Source: Proteromonas lacertae (taxonomy: Eukaryota). Taken from it: DNA of 64,000 bases. Below, piece after piece: positions 62,432 through 64,000 of this stretch. The notes beneath the pieces were generated by a model that saw only the letters and a program-made list of their open reading frames with translations, made no database searches and had not been told where the DNA came from. A program made the position numbers and the translations under genes. Location of the stretch: assembly GCA_002245135.1 (NCBI GenBank), contig NGBS01000599.1, positions 62,001 through 126,000 on the forward strand, written 5' to 3'. How positions within the stretch are numbered: the first letter of the stretch is position 1; each line of letters starts with the position of its first letter.

Positions 62432-62568
62432 GTATTAATATATACTTTAAATTTGTCTGGTTTATGCTTTAATCCATATACTTGAAAAAGCACTTTGAAT
62501 TCATTACTTTGATAAAAATTGGTGTTTGTTTAATATGTAAAAAATAACATAAATAAAAGCATAAAAAA

Positions 62569-63729
62569 TTATACGAAATCATTAAATAGCGAATTTTTCT
62601 TATATACTCTACCATATCTACTTTTTCTACCTTCTGGTACTGGTTGAATATCTGGTTCTATAGGTTGTGCTTCATTATTTATACTATGAATTTGTCTTAA
62701 TCTAAACTTACCATTTGTTGTAATACTATTAACTGGTACTCTTTTAATTTCATGAGATTTGAATCTATATGAGCCTATATCTCTAGGATTGAATTCTTTA
62801 GGTATTGTTCCATCCAAGTTCTTAACAGAATATGAAAACGGTCCAACTTTGTGTATTTGGTATACTTTATCAGTATAATAAGTAGTTTTTTGAAGTTTGT
62901 TATCTCTACGTTCTTTTATTCTGACAAAATCATTTGGTTTAAAATGAGTATCACTTTTACGCTTCTTTAAGTTTCTAGCATGGGATTCTTTATACAATCT
63001 ATCTTGGACTTCAAAATTATTGAATACTTCATTTGGAGTTAGATTATTGAGTGCAGAATGTGGTTTTGCATTGTAATCATCTACAACAGTATATACTATA
63101 TTACACAATGATTCAATATTGTTAATTTTATCAAATTCTTCATCAGAAAATGTATTAATTTTTCTATAAAACATATCTTTAATAGTTCTCACACATTGAT
63201 CCAATATTTTCATTATATTATGTTCATTACGTTCTTTAAGTATAAATCGTATATGATTTTTATTAAACAAATCTAAAAATTTCTTACCATAGATAATACC
63301 AGACTCTTCATCTGACAATATACTTCCTACAAAACGAGCGTTTTCATCCTTAGGTTGCATACCCTGATAAAACCATTTTTCAAACACTGGATATACATCA
63401 TTTTCTGATTTAGATTTAACATAATATATCCAACACTTACGACTAACAACTTCTATAATTAACAAAAATGGAACTTTTGTATTGTTGAAAAACACCAAAT
63501 CTATTTGATATGACCCAGGTAACTTTTCAATTTCATATTTAATTCTATTCCTTTTAGTTGCAGTGATTTGATAATCTGGTTTAGACTCTACAAGTTCACT
63601 ACTAGCTTTTTTAATGTCAGATTTTTTAAAGTTATTCTCAAGTTCATTTACAGAGAAATTAATAAAGTCTCGTTTGTTTAAATAACCATATGTTTTGTAT
63701 AACTCATTTATTTTATCTTGTAGTGACAT
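62569..63729 (-). CDS. Retroviral-type (rve) integrase, Polinton/Maverick-like
   Basis: YQIDLVF, LLIIEVVSRK, ILSDEESG, ILDQCVRTIK, YNAKPHSAL.NLTPNEV, FKPNDFVRI. Confidence 0.88.
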   Translation of the reverse strand: MSLQDKINELYKTYGYLNKRDFINFSVNELENNFKKSDIKKASSELVESKPDYQITATKRNRIKYEIEKLPGSYQIDLVFFNNTKVPFLLIIEVVSRKCWIYYVKSKSENDVYPVFEKWFYQGMQPKDENARFVGSILSDEESGIIYGKKFLDLFNKNHIRFILKERNEHNIMKILDQCVRTIKDMFYRKINTFSDEEFDKINNIESLCNIVYTVVDDYNAKPHSALNNLTPNEVFNNFEVQDRLYKESHARNLKKRKSDTHFKPNDFVRIKERRDNKLQKTTYYTDKVYQIHKVGPFSYSVKNLDGTIPKEFNPRDIGSYRFKSHEIKRVPVNSITTNGKFRLRQIHSINNEAQPIEPDIQPVPEGRKSRYGRVYKKNSLFNDFV

Positions 63730-63795
63730 TCAAAACAATATATAAAAAATATGAATGATATATATTTAAAGAATTAATGAATTAAAATAATTAAA

Positions 63796-64000
63796 TCATT
63801 CTTCTACCTCTCCCAAATCCTTATCACTTAAAGTGTTACCAAAGTTAATAGACTTAGCAGCACTAATAAAACCATTACTAATTACTTTCTTAGCAGGGAA
63901 TGGTCTACGAGTACTAATTAAATCACTATCTTCTATCTTAGTTCTCTTAATTCTTGGAGGTGAAACAAATTTGTTTTGATTAGCTTGTTCTTTCTTAATT
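63796..64000 (-). CDS. 3' end of a hypothetical ORF entering from outside the window
   Basis: Open frame …KKEQANQNKFVSPP…LGEVEE ending in TGA at 63796-63798. Confidence 0.55.
   Translation of the reverse strand, partial: IKKEQANQNKFVSPPRIKRTKIEDSDLISTRRPFPAKKVISNGFISAAKSINFGNTLSDKDLGEVEE

Larger units (their letters stand above)
58921..64000. mobile_element. Left part of a large subfamily B element encoding an rve integrase (Polinton/Maverick-like); extends beyond the window
   Basis: TGTTGTTCCCCGTTGAG terminus at 58921; ~290 bp similar to the Pack-element left end; followed by intact intronless ORFs including the integrase. Confidence 0.75.

Noticed and set aside
56..62493. Many short ORF-track entries (e.g. 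56-238, 1489-1701, 4191-4409, 11215-11418, 24077-24499, 55027-55254, 62233-62493)
   Set aside because: Antisense or alternate-frame shadows of real genes, or low-complexity AT-rich ORFs without motifs.
62523..62530. TGTTTGTT, a Blastocystis-type polyadenylation motif, after ORF 61262-62431
   Set aside because: A single instance, also found inside coding DNA and expected by chance at this composition; the ORF already has its own stop.

Overview
Extremely AT-rich eukaryotic (protist) DNA using the standard code, with tiny 23-39 nt GT-AG introns; a Blastocystis/Proteromonas-like stramenopile is my inference only. (1) 1-4.7 kb: two head-to-head host genes, a coiled-coil protein and VMP1. (2) 4.7-33.6 kb: a dense cluster of about 15 glycan-building or glycan-decorating genes (fucosyltransferase-like x3, GT92 x2, GT61, GT2-like, DUF229, DUF1647, SAM methyltransferase, OafA-type O-acyltransferases x3). 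A 15.5 kb part of it is duplicated in inverted orientation at 34462-49707. (3) Throughout the window there is one superfamily of TGT...ACA-ended elements with 5-bp target-site duplications. Their ends share a fixed 61-bp architecture but have subfamily-specific repeat cores. Members include two foldback MITEs and a 7-kb 'Pack' element carrying a decayed HYDIN fragment. Another end leads into decayed axonemal dynein and PCCA fragments and a Polinton-like packaging ATPase plus capsid gene. A candidate autonomous rve-integrase element starts at 58921, inserted in that capsid gene. A complete Tc1/IS630-type element (TA TSD) is nested at 53500-55141. All family calls come from motifs read by eye; no database search was run.
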